IMG/VR virus record: IMGVR_UViG_3300044971_001666
Location: 1-63,879 of that record
Strand: one strand, 5' to 3'
Length of the DNA: 63,879 nucleotides
DNA from: a virus
Taxonomy: Duplodnaviria; Caudoviricetes
Positions 19,537 through 33,900 of the stretch are shown one piece after another. Under the pieces are notes generated by a model. That model was not told the DNA's origin, did not search any database, and saw only the letters and a list, made by a program, of their open reading frames with translations. Each line of letters opens with the position of its first letter. Within the stretch, counting starts at the first letter, position 1. The translations under genes were made by a program, and so were the position numbers.

Positions 19537-20385
19537 ATGTTTCATTTTTTATTTAAATTGCAAACAAATATAAAAACCATTATTATTATGCCACTAACAA
19601 TAGCAGCAATTGGAGGAGCAGTAAACTTAGGTGTAACAGCATTTAGGGGAATGAACGCTTCGCAAGAAAAGAATAGACAACAAGCACGTTTAGACACGCT
19701 TTCGGCTACTGCTTTGCCAAAGTTTAAAGTGTCAGACGAAATAAATAGTATTTATGGTCAAGCATCAAGCGAAGCATTGAATCCAATGGGGTTTAGTGGT
19801 GCTGAAAAAAATGCTTTCAACCAAAACATATCACAAAATTACAACACTCAATTTTACAATGCTGTAAACAGAACGGGTGGACAAACGGGAAGATTTGCAA
19901 ACGCTGTATTGAGTGGAAATAACATAAATGCTATGAACACCTTTGCAAGTAATGACGCTTCATTAGCAAGGCAAAATAGAATGGCTGCATTATCAAGAAT
20001 GATGAGTGGAGCAAATACAATTCAAGGAGTTGAAAACGCAAATAGCCAAGCTGAAATACAAAGACGATTAATGACCGAACAAGCATTAGGAGGCGCAGTA
20101 GCACAACAAAACCAAAACATTGACCAAGCGTGGAAGTCAGTTGGAGATTTGGGTGCTATGGGTGCGGGTTACGCTTTAAGCGGATATGGTGGTGTAGATA
20201 AAGTTAAAAAAATTGATACAAGTGGAAACATATTTAATGGGAATTATGGTTTTAGTAAACCAAAAGGACAATTTGATAACTTAAAAATAGTAGTGCCTTC
20301 AACTACAAATAAAGTGCAAAATCCATTTTCATTCCCGAATATACAAGACATGACATATAATGCTAAAACAGGGAGGTACGAATAA
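19537..20385 (+). CDS. putative ejection/internal virion protein
   Basis: Gly/Ala hydrophobic N-terminus (MPLTIAAIGGAVNLG), Gln/Asn-rich helices, first of three genes of increasing size. Confidence 0.6.
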   Translation: MFHFLFKLQTNIKTIIIMPLTIAAIGGAVNLGVTAFRGMNASQEKNRQQARLDTLSATALPKFKVSDEINSIYGQASSEALNPMGFSGAEKNAFNQNISQNYNTQFYNAVNRTGGQTGRFANAVLSGNNINAMNTFASNDASLARQNRMAALSRMMSGANTIQGVENANSQAEIQRRLMTEQALGGAVAQQNQNIDQAWKSVGDLGAMGAGYALSGYGGVDKVKKIDTSGNIFNGNYGFSKPKGQFDNLKIVVPSTTNKVQNPFSFPNIQDMTYNAKTGRYE

Positions 20386-21911
20386 TGCCAGTAAGTTTAG
20401 GACAAGCAATAAGCGGTAAGTACGCTCAAAATTACGATAGCACAACGCCTTTACTAAAAGGTTTTCAAATAGGCGCACAAAAAAGGCAGAACAGCGAAGT
20501 TGCTAGAGCAAGGAAAGAAGCTGCACAACAAAAACAGAACGCCAACTTTTTAAAACAAGTAAGTGGTTCTATTCTTGTAAAAGGAATTGATGACGTAGAT
20601 AGAGCAGCTTATCAAGAAGCGGTAAGTGGAATATTTTCAGAAGCGCAGAAATTAGGCGAAAGTGGCGACCCTGATAGCTACGTTGGTAGAATGAAATTAC
20701 TAGGTCAAATACCTATCATTAATCAAAACTTCCAAGCTAGAGGAAAAGCATTAGAAGATATGCGAGTAGCGTACAATAAAGGAGAATTAGGCGCACAAGA
20801 TAGTGAAGTGTTTGCTGAAATGCAAAGAGTGGGCGACCCTCGTAAACTTAAAGGGACACCAAATAAACTGTTCGGAAGCGCATCAATTACAGACGATGGA
20901 ATGATGGTTAAAAGCCCTTACAACAAAGTAAATGTAAACAAAGAAGTTGATGTTTATTTAGGAGATTTAAGCAAACAAAACATTGGAATATTAGCATCTA
21001 AATACGGAACAATGTATGAGAATATTAAAGGTATTCCAAGCGACCAAGCACAGCTAAAACAATTATTTGGTGCTGAATACAAAAATCTTCAAGGAGTTAA
21101 AACAATGGAAGATTTAGCTGCATCTGTTTGGGAAAGCAATCAAAACTTACAATACACTTACTTAGACAATAATCGTAAAGACTTATTAGAAAAGTTTGAA
21201 AAAGACGGATTGCCAATAAACCAAAACCCTAAAGCAATGGAATATGCAAGGGCAAAGTTTATAGACGAGCAAAAGAACCGAGCCAAAGCAGAAATGAAGT
21301 TGGAAGGAATTAAGCAAGTTAGTAATGGTAGGAATAATAATTACGGAAGTTCTTTCACTAATTTTGGAGGAGGTATTATAAGTAACGGAATTAGGATACA
21401 GCCTAGTTCAACAGAAGAAAATGTATATGTTATTGATAAGCCAAACGAAAAAGGTAAAGAAACAGAAGTTTTAAAAGCAACATTTTTTGAAGGTAAAGAC
21501 GTAAAACCATTTGATAAAATTGATTCTTACATAAGAGTTGGAGATGATAAATATATTGTAAAAGGAATATATGATAAAAATCCAACACAAGTATTTGGAC
21601 TAACAAGACAACAAATAAACACAGCAACAGGAATTGGTGAAGATGCTTTGGCTGCTGCTAAAATTGCTTTTGATGCTGACAAAGAAGAAGCGTTACGCCA
21701 AGATTACGTTAAACTAAGAAAATCATTAGGTGATACTAGAGATTATTCTACATTATTTAATGGTGATAATGAAGGGCAACCAACATATAAAAACAAGTGG
21801 AAGGACTATCAATCAAAAGACTTTCCAAAAAAAGGAACACCAACTAATACAAAACCAATAGCACCTAAAAAAGGTAAAAACAGTACAGGATTTGACCCTA
21901 ACGGAAAATAA
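20385..21911 (+). CDS. putative ejection/internal virion protein
   Basis: coupled between 19537 ORF and giant protein. Confidence 0.55.
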   Translation: MPVSLGQAISGKYAQNYDSTTPLLKGFQIGAQKRQNSEVARARKEAAQQKQNANFLKQVSGSILVKGIDDVDRAAYQEAVSGIFSEAQKLGESGDPDSYVGRMKLLGQIPIINQNFQARGKALEDMRVAYNKGELGAQDSEVFAEMQRVGDPRKLKGTPNKLFGSASITDDGMMVKSPYNKVNVNKEVDVYLGDLSKQNIGILASKYGTMYENIKGIPSDQAQLKQLFGAEYKNLQGVKTMEDLAASVWESNQNLQYTYLDNNRKDLLEKFEKDGLPINQNPKAMEYARAKFIDEQKNRAKAEMKLEGIKQVSNGRNNNYGSSFTNFGGGIISNGIRIQPSSTEENVYVIDKPNEKGKETEVLKATFFEGKDVKPFDKIDSYIRVGDDKYIVKGIYDKNPTQVFGLTRQQINTATGIGEDALAAAKIAFDADKEEALRQDYVKLRKSLGDTRDYSTLFNGDNEGQPTYKNKWKDYQSKDFPKKGTPTNTKPIAPKKGKNSTGFDPNGK

Positions 21912-21913
21912 AT

Positions 21914-24900
21914 ATGCCAGTAGAAAAAGATTATATAGGAGGATTACATGGTTATCTTAAAGAAAACTTTGGAGATGATTTTAAATTAACCACAGAGCAG
22001 TTTAAGTCAAAACTATCTACTGATAGTGCTTATGCTAATCAATTACATGGATATTTAAAAGAAAACTTTGGGGAAGGATTTAAATTAGATATAGCAGACT
22101 TTCAGAATAAGGTAGGATATATTGACCCATCAAAAAAAAAACAAAATTCTTCACCAAACTTCGCAACTACTTTACAAGAAGCTATCACTCCTTTACCAAG
22201 TGGTGTTCAAAAGCCATTAGAATCGAGTTCGCCATTAGCGTCAAATTTAAAGTCGGTAGCGACAGAGAAACCGATTGATGCTAAAACTGCGCTTTTGCAA
22301 AAGGCTAATCAAGAGCAAAATCTATCTAATCCATTAGAAGGAACTACTCAAACTGATGTTTTTATAGAAGAAAATAGAAAGCCAACAGTCTTAAATATGG
22401 CTAAATCTATTAATAATAAATCTCAAGAAAGAGTAAAAGTATTAACAGAACGAGTTGGATTACTTAAAGGAATAAAAGACTTTGAAGCGCAGATACCTAA
22501 AATTCAAGAAAGCGCACAGCAATTATCTGATATAGTTAAAGACCCAACACAACCTATTACTTCAAGACAAGCAGCGCAAGAACAATTAAAGCTATATCAA
22601 GACCAGTTTGACCAATTTGAAAATGCTGTAAATAATTATAAAGGATTGATTGATAAAGAAAAATCAATTATTACCGATATTCATAAAGACGAAGATTTAA
22701 GGCAAAAAGGACTAGAACGAGATTATAACAGTATAACAGCTTTTGTTGACGCAATAAAGTCGTCAACGATAAAAGTAGGTGCGGGAGGTGCGGGAATGTT
22801 TAATACACTAGGGCTAAGTGGCGACCCCGAAGATACTAATTCGGAAAACAATGAGCAAGTTCAGAATGAAGTAAGAAATAATGTTCAGACCATTAAAAAA
22901 TTTGGCGAAAGTCTAGTTACTCAAGAAACCCCTAAAAACTTTGAAAAAATATTTGAAGGAGATTTTAGTACAAAAAAATTGAAATACATTTTAGCGCAAG
23001 GAATAGGTCAAACTATTCCAACAGTAGCAGCAGGATTTTTAGGAGGTGCGGGCGGTGCTACCATTGCGGGTGCGGGTTTAGGATTTATCGAAAGTAAAGA
23101 TATGTTTAAGGCTGCGGGACTGAACGAAAAACAATCTGATTGGGCTGCTTTTGGACTAGCAATTCCTTTGGGCGCACTAGATGAATATGGTATTTCGGAC
23201 ATTATTACAAAGCCAATTGGCAAGTTAATTTTAAAAGAAACCACCGAAGACGTAATAAAAACACTTGCTAAAAAAGAACTTACAAACGAAGCTATTTTTG
23301 AAACCGTAAAGAAAACTTTAGGCGAAAAAATAAAAGAATATAGTATTGATGTAGCTAAAGCGGGTTGGAAAGAACCATTAACAGAAATGGAACAAGCCCT
23401 TTTAAGTGAGGGTGCAAAGCAAGCCACAGAAGAAATTACGGGCAAAGATAGTAACGCTAATCAAACACTATCTGAATATTTTAAACAAACTGCTTTAAAA
23501 ATAGCAGAAGAAGGTGTTTATGGATTAGCGGGTGGAGTAGGATTATCGGCAGTTACTAGCGCAATCCAAAACAGAACTACTCCAAGTGCTTATCAAAGAG
23601 CAATGGAATTAAAGAACCCCGAACTTTTACAAGACTTTACCGAACAACTAGATTCAGAAGTACAAAGCGGTAGATTAACAACCGAACAAGCGCAAATAGC
23701 CTTAGAAAACGTAAAGAAAATTCAAGAACTTGACGGTAAAATACCTAATACAATAAAGGATATTGATAAAAGAAGTATGGCTGCTTCATTAGTTGGGGTA
23801 AAAGACGAACTTAAACTAGAAATTGAAGGTAAAGACGAAACTTTAGTACAACCACTAAAAGACGAGATAAAAAATATTGACCAAACCTTATTAGACATAG
23901 CGCAAAACAAACCAATAGAGGAGATAGAAAACGGATTAAATGAACAAGAAACAAGTATGTCGGAAATCCCGACTAACCAAGAACAGAAGATTGAAACACC
24001 TCAAGAAACTAAAACCACTACTACACCAAGCAGCGATAATAGTAGTGAAGTGGCAGCACTTGGTAGTGTAGAAGTGCCTAAAACGCTATCCCAATTAAAA
24101 ATAAGTGATGAAATAACTCAAACTTTAGAAAATAAGTTAAAAGGGTTAGAATCAGAAAGAACAAATAAACTTATTGAAAACAAAGGGAAAGGTAAATTTG
24201 ATGATAGATTAAAAGACGAGATTGAAGAAGTAAAAAGAAATATTTATAAAAGAGAAAATGAATTAGCATCAAGGAGAAATTCTGACTTAGAAAGTAAAAT
24301 TAAAGATGGCTCTCTATTGAAATTAATTTCAGAAAATAAAATAACTGCCGAAGATGCAAGAGGATTGATTATAGAATCGGGAATGGAAATTCCATCTGAA
24401 ATTCAATCTATTGTAGATAAAAATAAACAAGACAAAAAAGAAAACAAGCAATCAATTATTGAAAGAGATACCGACTTTTTAGGAAACGAGAAAGAAGCGT
24501 ATATGGTTAATAATGACAAGGCAAATGGAATTAGAACTCAAGAAGATATTGACTACTATAAGGCAAATGTAAAAAGAGCAATAGAATCGGGTAAATACGA
24601 AAAATCTGTAAAAGAAGGAAGAATGACTGCTAATGATGCAAGAATTATTGTTGAAAGTTATGGGCTAAAAGTACCAAAAACATTAGAAACTTTATTAAAA
24701 ACAGAACAAACCAATGAACCTACACCAATCGAAGCAACTATTCCTACAAGCAATAAAGGAACACAAACAGCAGAACCCACTAAGCAAGATGGTGAAGCAA
24801 AGGTTGAAAGTAAACCAATAGCTTTACCGAAAGAAAATGATGTAGTAACTTTAGAAGTACCAAACAGATTGCCTATAAAAATGGCATTTAAAGATGGTGT

Positions 24901-27900
24901 TTGGAAACAAAAAATAGGAAACGAATTTACAGAAGTAGCAAAATCAGTACAAGATAATGCACAAGCAAAGTTTGACGAACAAAATAAAACCCAATTAGAA
25001 AATGGAATTAATAAAACGGAATCGAAGGAATCAAAGCCCATCACTATTCAGAGAGGAAAAGAGGCTGACAAAGAAGGAGCAAATGCAAATGCTCGTAATG
25101 AAGCAAAAAGAGAGGAAATTAAATCAGCCTTTAAAAAGCTAAGAGATGAAGGATTGCTTAAAACGGCAGATAAAACATTAATAGGTAAGGCTAAAAGAGT
25201 TTTAGGCATTAAATCTGCGCCTATGTCTGACGCTGAAATTGATGTTCAAATGGCATTGATAGACGCTATGGCTGATGTTTGGAAGAAAACAACTGGCAAG
25301 GATAACTTTTACGAAACATTTATTGCAGACGTTAAAAAAGGGAACTTAGCTGAACTGCAAAAAATTGGCGGTGTGTTATTTCAAGATACAGAAAACACAA
25401 AAAGACCAACAACAAGGGTTACGCTTGCTGTTTTTGACGCAACTCAATTTGAAAAAATGAAAGGGCAGCAAGTAGCACCACAAGCTATTTCTGATTTAGT
25501 AAAAGGTCGTGGAAAACAAATTGAGAAAGATATTATTAACATGGTTCTTGGATATGATAAATATAAAGGACAAAAACGTATTTCTTTTGACGAATTTAGA
25601 AGTGATGTAGAAACACAAATAATGAAGTTAGAAAAAATCCGCACAGATTCTTACGCTAATTATGGTTATGACAACTTGGGCGATAATGAAAACTACGGAG
25701 AAAGAGAAACTGTAATATTTAATTCGCCTATTGAACATGGAGAAAAAGGACATTTTAGCGGTGATTTTACAACGGAAGGGTTAGACAAAACAGAGTGGGA
25801 ATTAAAGCAAATCCCTAATACAGACAAGTGGGCTGCAATGGATAAAAATATGCCTTCTAACGTAACAGCAGATAACGTTGCAGAATATGTTGGAACAGCA
25901 GGAGAAAAAGCAGAGGTAGAAAAGTGGATTGCCGATAGAGATAAAGAAAGTATTGGAGGTCTTAATAAAGGACTATTTGGACATATTAGAAAATGGTTTA
26001 ATAAGAGTGATGGAATATTTCATATAGCCGAACTACAATCTGATTATTATCAGAAAAATAAAGCAAGTGATTTATTAAAACCCGAAGTAGGACAAGATGA
26101 AATTGATGCTTACATGAACAAAAACGTGTGGCAGCCAATGGATAGAGAAATTTCAAGAAAAATAAAAGAACAATTTGGAATTACTGTTAAGAAGTTTGAT
26201 GATAAGTTTATTGCCTACGATAAAGAAGGTAGACCATTAAGCGAAGTAGAATTAAAAGAAGAACCGTTAGTTGGACTAAATGTAGGCGACTTTGAAGAAA
26301 ATGCAGTTGTAGTTTATGCACTTAAAAGCCTATCAGAACGTAGGGTTAATGATGAAAAATTAGAAAATGGAACATATAAAGGTACTCTTAATACGTCAAA
26401 AGATGGCGGAAAAATTGATACTGTTATTTTAAATACTGAAAAAGAAGTAGAGGATTTCGCCAAAGCAAATGATGGAAGACTTAATGGCTCAGAAGATAGT
26501 TATAATGTTATAAGAGAAAACTACCACGAAGAAAGAAAAAAACTAAGACAAACCGAAGAACAAAAATTTATACAAAAGCGTCAAGCAGAGTTAGAAAAAA
26601 CAAAACCAACTAATATACAGCTTAAACAATTTGTAGCTTCACAGAAAGTACATGAATTGAGGTTGCTAAGAGAAGCAATTAAAATGGCAGCAGACGAAGG
26701 TGCTGAAACAGTAAGATTTCCTGACCAATATACACTTGCTGTTATTGAGGGATATACTGATGCAACAGGACAAGGTAACACGCCATACGAAGTAGTTAAT
26801 GGAGATTCTGATAGATTATATGAAGGCGACATGATTGATTATGGTGGAGAAAATATGACTGTTGTAGAACAAAACAGAGATACAATAACAGTTGTTCCAA
26901 GTGATGAAGTTTCAATTTACAATCTTTACGATTTAATTAATGACGAAACAGATGATAGAGTTAGAGAAATAGAATATGAAGCAAAACGTCATTTTGGGGA
27001 TATGGAAGCTATTACAAAAGAAGATGTAGAAAGCTATGAACCTGACGAATGGATGGGAGCAGAAGCAAAATCATTATTAGAGGAATATTTTGAGCAAAAT
27101 GAAGAAGAAGAAACTGTAAGTTGGAAAGAAATAAAAAATGGATTATACGATAGTATAAATTCAAATTATAGCGAAATGAGTGTTGATGATATTCTTGGTT
27201 GGAGTGGAACTGTATGGCAAGATGGTGATACTATTTATGCAATTGAGGGTAGAAACTATGAAACATTTAATCAGCCCGATGGGTACGAAGAATCTTCAAC
27301 AAAAGAAGATTACTACGATAATTTAAGTAGCGACCAAAAAACAGTAGTTGATAAATACGGAGAATTAGGCAAGCAATTTGAAAAAATGCGCCCCGATGCA
27401 AGACTTATTCAAGACGAAAATGGAATGGGATGGTACGAAACAACTATAACAGAAGAAGACAAGAATAACCCTATTGTAGCATTTCAAGAAGAAGGTGGAA
27501 AAGTAAAAGGTGCTATTGACTTTACTAATAATAACAAAGCTACACTATATGTTTTTGATGGAGCAGATATATCTACACTTGCACATGAAATGAGCGGACA
27601 TTTAGGGCGTAGAGTGTTAGAAAAATTAGCAGAAGCAAGCCCCGAATTTGCTAAAAAATACGAAGCAGTTAAAAAATGGGCAGGAGTAAAAGATGTTTGG
27701 ACTACAAAAGCAGAAGAAAAATTTGCAAGAGGATTTGAAAGATATTTAAGAGATGGCGTAGCCCCAACAAAAGCATTAAAAGAAGTTTTTAGTAAACTGA
27801 AAGAATGGCTTAGTGGTATTTATAAAATTATAAAGGGCAGTTCAATTGATGTAAAATTAACTAACGATGTAAGAAATGTATTTGATTCATTATTAGGCAA

Positions 27901-30900
27901 AGAACAAGTAGAACAAAAGCCTACAACAGCCGAAAAAGTAGCTAAAGCCGAAAAAAGCATTAACGACATTCGTAACAAACTAAAAGAAAAATTCAAAGTA
28001 AACTTACCCGAAGGAACACAAACCAAAGGATTTACAATGAACGAATTAATTGATGTAATAGCTGATACTGCAATACAAATAGCTAAAACAGGAATTGAAA
28101 TAAACGAAGCAATAAAACAAGCTATTCAATATTTAAAAGAAGAAGGCGATTTAGAAGACTTTGACGAAACCGAAATTTTTGATAAAGCCAAAGAAGCGGT
28201 AAGTACCACCGAAGCAGCAATAGTAAAAGACCCTATTTTAAAGCGTATAAACAAAGCATTTTTAAAGATAGGTACTGAAATACTTGACAATGCCGAAGCG
28301 TTAATGGCTAAAGCAGCAAGCATAGTTGGCGATGTAAGGAAAAACGTAACAGCAGGATTTGAAACAAGGGATGGCAAACCTATTGGCTTCACTTACGATA
28401 CAGACCAAGTAGCAAGAGAAAGGTTTGACTTCTCTAAATTAAAACAAATAGGCAAAGGAAGTGACAGAACTGTTTTTGATTTAGGTAATGGAAGAGTGCT
28501 TAAAGTTGCTCATACAGCAAGAGGATTAGAGCAAAATATTTACGAAGGAGATTACCTTTTAAAAGGGATTATTCCAGAAGTTTTTGAAAGAGGGCTTAAT
28601 TATGTTGTTGTAGAAAACACTCCAAGACTAAAAGCAGCCGACAAAGTAATTACTTACGACTACGAAACAGGCGAAGAAAATGGCACAACAACAGCAGGAG
28701 ATATGTTAAGGCAGCTAGGTCAGTTTAATCAGTCGCATTTTGAAAAGCATAATGATAACCTACTTAGAATACTTGGAAAGTTTGGATTTAGCGATATAAT
28801 GTCTTATGACGTTTTGTTTGGCGATTTTACTGCAATAAGAAATTGGGGGTATAAAGACGGAATGGCGGTGCATTTAGACGGAGGTACTTTTGGTGGCGTA
28901 AGAATGCTCACTAATCATAAAAATAAAGCACCTTTAAGCGACCCAGAATTTAGGGAGATTTACAATAAGAGTAAGCAGTTAAAAAAACAATTTGGAGATA
29001 CTGATAAAAACACTAGGTTCAATATTACAATGCCTAATGGTAGCCAAGTAACGGTTAAGCCATTTGAATCAAATAGCGAGGATAAAAACAACGCCCTTAT
29101 AAGAGAAAACAATATAGAAGGCAAGTTACTTAACAAGCAAGAATCGGAAAGTCTTCAAAAGGAAATTGAATCTAAATACCAAATAGAAGGTCAGCCTAAA
29201 TTTGGACAAGAAAATGAAGATATTAGAACAAATTTATTTAACTACGAAAATCCGATAGCAGAAAAAGATGTAAATGGAGTTAATTTAAGAATTGCAGAAG
29301 GATTAATAGAGGGAGAAAAATTTTCTGGCAATAGAAAAAAAACCTTTTTACTGTACGCAGATGGTAAAATAGTTGGTAAGTTTTATTCTGTTGAAGATGC
29401 TAAAAAAGTTGTAAAGTTTATTGAGCAAAATCTAATTAATCAAAAAACACTACTCCCACAAGGTCAACCCTTATTTCAATTAAACGACAAAGGAGAAATA
29501 CTTGGCTTTACTCATAACGGTAAAATATACTTAAACGGAGAAAAAATAACAGCTAATACCACAATGGAAGAGGCTGGACATATTTGGATTAATTGGGCTA
29601 AAGAAAACCGTTCAGACTTATACAAACAAGGCATTGAGAAGGTATTAGGAAGCAAATATTTAATCGAAGTAAACAATAACCCTAACTACCAAGCAGAAGC
29701 CCTTAAAGCAGGGGAAAAAGGCAGCGAAGCGTATAATGCTTATATGCAAGAAGAAGCATTAGCAAAAGCAATAGCTGATAATGGTGCTAAGTTTATTACA
29801 GAAACAAGAAAAGCTAATTTCAGAGAGTGGGTAACTGCAATGTGGAAAGAAGTTGTAAAAGCCTTCGGAATACAGAACTTATCACCTAATCAAGTTAAAA
29901 AACTAACTTTAGAGCAATTTGCTAAAATGGCTGCTGCCGATGTGTTCAAGAAAGAATCGGTTATGACTGATAAGGAGAAAGCAACTGCTAAAGTAGAAAT
30001 ATTAGACGCTGACCAAAAAATGTTAGTTGACGATATTACCATTGCTGAAAATGACGAAGAAACTATACAAGGCGTAAAAGGCTTTATAGATTCTATGAAT
30101 AGAGCAAAAGGGCTTACTCAAGAAGAGAAAGACGCAATGAATGAGCGTTTGGGTAGGAACTATGAAGTATTATCAAATGAAAAACTTGAACTAATTGGTA
30201 AAACTATTATTGAAGAATTAGGTGGACTAGACAAGGCATTATTAGAAGCGCAAAACGCTAAATCTGATTTATTGCCTTACATGAAAACCTTTATTCTAGG
30301 TCAAGCAATACTTGAGAATAAGAAATTAGAACAAAACGCTGCAACCCAAGAAGCCAAAAATAAATATGCCGACATTCAAATAGATTTGTTTGATAAACTA
30401 GACAACCTTTCAAGGGATTTTGGTAGAGCAATTCAATACTTAAATAAACTTTACAGCAAAAGCGCATTAGCGGTAACTAGAAAAGCTAAAAAGATTTTAG
30501 CTGATAGAAATGGTGCGAACCAAATTGAAGCCGAACAAGCAGCCGATAAAATAGAAGCAGCAATATTTGAAGATGATAATACAGATTCAGCAAACGAAGC
30601 CTTACAAGACCTTTTAAATAACGAAAAGGAAAAAGTAAAAGAGTTAGAAGCTGCTTACGAAAAACTTAAAAAACAAATTGCTAATCCAACCGAACCAAGA
30701 CCTAATAATCCTAAAAGAGATTTAGGCTCAAGTAAGGATAAAAAAGCAACTATAAAAAGACTTAAAGAAACCAAGTACAATGCGAATAGACAAAACATAA
30801 TTCCTATTGCACCTCCTAAACTAATGGAAGATTTAAATGATTTGACATTAGAATACATGGAAGAAGGATTTTATGATTTTGAGGACATTCAGAAAAAACT

Positions 30901-33900
30901 TAAAAAAGATTTAGGTGGATTACACTCTGATTATTACGCAGAAGCATACGAACAATCGAAAGAAAAAGCAGTAAGTAAAGGAGTAAAAGAAAGCGAATTT
31001 ACACCAACCGAGCAAGTAAATACTATTTTAGATAAGCAACGTGAAACAAGTGATGCTGCTAAACTAGCGAAAGCAAGCGAGAGGTTAGCGAAAGCACAAA
31101 TTGAAAAGGTAAAACAAGCACTATCAACAGATGCTAATAAAAAATCGTTCAAGGAAAGACTTAAAAACCTAATACCTAAATCGGGAAACATTTGGCTTAA
31201 ATATCAAGAAAGCAATGTAAATTCATTGGTAGCTAAACTAAATGCAACTGCAAGTAAAAATGAATCTCCTTTATTGGCTGAATTTTCAAAATTGGTTACT
31301 CAAAATATAAACGAGAAACTAAATGAGTTAATGCCTAAAGGAAACAATGTAAGCCAAGAAAAAAATAAATCGTTAGAACTTGCTGACATTATTAAGAACG
31401 AAGAAAAGTTTGCAGAAATTTACGAAAAGGCACTTACTAAAATTAAGGAACAAAATAAAGATAACCCAAAAGCAATTTCTTTATTAGAAAACCTTTTAGA
31501 ACAAAACGACTTAGGAAAACCATTTAGCAAAAAAGCTATCTCAAATGCTATTGAACAAAAAATAAAACAAACCAAACAAAGCATTGACGATGTAATTATC
31601 GAAGGAGAAGAAAGTATATTAGCATTTAAACAAAAGATTGTAGATAGTATTTTAAAAGATGCCGAACTAGACACAGAAGTAGAAGCGGAAATTAAAGATA
31701 GGATTGAGTTTGAAGTTGATAATTTGTTCAACACACAAGCAAAAAATCACTACAAAACCACAGCGCAAAGAATTGTTAATGATGCTAAGTCAATGGCAGA
31801 TTTACCTACTACTAAAAAAGAAGCAAAGGTAATAAGCCAATTAATTAGTAAAGTAGCTTCAATGGCAAAGGATACCATGATAAACAAAAAACAAGTGGTT
31901 GGTAAAACACCACTTGAATTAATGGAATTTGCTTTAAAAAATGCTGAAATAGGTAGAAAAATATTTACAGAAGCACAAAAAGAAGTTCAAGACATTATAA
32001 AGAATGACGAAAACTTAACAGCCCAAGAAAAAGCTGATTTAAAACAGTTTTTAGAAAATTATCAAAAGTCAATATTTGATGCGCTTCTTACCAATAAAAA
32101 TAAGGACTTAATAATAAAAGAAGCCCTAGTAAAATTAGGTTACGCAACACAAGATAGTAAAGGAAATATAGTAGCTGATTTAGGGAAAATTGCATTAAGC
32201 AAAAACACTCCTAAAGAAGCAATTGAAAAAGTTAAAGAAGCGATAAGTAATGAGTTAGGTTTAGACCCTAGCGAAATTGACGACTTACTAGCTGCTTTAG
32301 AAACAAGATTTAATGAACTTATTCAAGCTAAAAAAGAAGCTAAAATAAACGCTGTTGTAAAAGCAAACGATAGATACAAAGCAGCTACACAATTTTCAAA
32401 CAAAGCTAGGAAAGATAAAATACGTTCACTAATTGAACTTTACAATGCGGGTGGTTTAACAAACGATAAGATTTTAGAAAAAATGGCTCGTGATTTAGGT
32501 ATTATAGCCTTTACGGATAACGACCAAAAGATTATTGAAGACTTGTTACAGCGTATTGATAATGCGGGTTTAGGTTTTGTTAGTGCGGGTTTAGAAGAAG
32601 AACTACAAGCATACTTTGAACATATAGGCGGTACTTTTGCCATGAAAGAAATGTTTGAGCGTTGGAGAGCAAGATTACTTTCGGGCTTTATTACAACGGG
32701 CAAAAACTTAACAGGCTTCTTTGATACGGGCTTTATGATTGGACACCAATTAATAGATTCCAATATGAACATGGGTTTGTTGAAAGGTAATGTTGACTTA
32801 AATATTTTAAAAGTAATTAGACAAGCCAATAGAATTGGAGGAACACTAGCCTTAGAAAGTTTAGTAAATGGAAGTGTTGATAACGGAAGTGCTTTTGCCG
32901 AACAAACTGGTCAAAAAGAAGGAACACCAAGCGTAAGGTTTTTAGAATTTCAAAAATATCACAACTATTGGACACCTGATTTACCCGTAACCGTAAAAGG
33001 CGTAACATTTAACTTAAACCCAATAAACGCCTTAAAGAAAAACGAAAAATACGTTCAAAGGGTTTTAGGTGCAACTGATAGTGTAAACCATACTATTTTG
33101 CAAGAAATGAAATCATACACTTTTATAAAAAGAGTGGTAATGAGAGGTAGCCCCGAAATGAGTGCGAAAGAGGCTGCGAAAGTGGCTTATGAAATTATGT
33201 ATTACTTAGACATTACAGAAGCAACAATAGCTGCATCTGAAATGTATAAAGAACAAGGTTTAGACATAGATAAAAACAAAAGAGCTTTTAATAAACTGGT
33301 TTACAAACTAGCACAAGACCATACTTTATTTAGGGCTTTAAGAAAAGCGACTGATGAATTTAAAAAATCAAACATTGAATATACTTCAAAAAGCGGGAAA
33401 CTAAAATTAAACAGAAGAATAAATGAGATTGCTCAACAAACAAGAGCAGACGATGTTATAAAAGCTGCTACTGAATTTGCTTCGAGATATACTTATAAAC
33501 AATCTGATATGGGTGTGTTTCCTTTAGTAGCCAACTTAATTAAATATGTAAAAGACGTATTTCCATTAATGGCAGCAAGGATTAGAAAGAATGCAAAAGG
33601 CACAGCGTATTCAAAACAAGCTAATAAAATAGCAAATGGTATTGAAATAAGTGGAGAACTATTATTTACAAGTACAATGCCTTTTATAAATGGTGTGGCG
33701 AATATTCTTGAAAAAGGATTAGAGTTTAACCCTATTTACGGTGGAATAAAATCAGCAACTTACTTAGGACTAGCTTTAAATGCTAATAACAAAAAAGATA
33801 CAACAAAAGCAAGAGAACTTTCAGCAAAAAGCGGTGAAGTTATTTACAGAGTAGCGGTTGGAATGTTATTAATGGCACTTTTACAATCACTAGCAGACGA

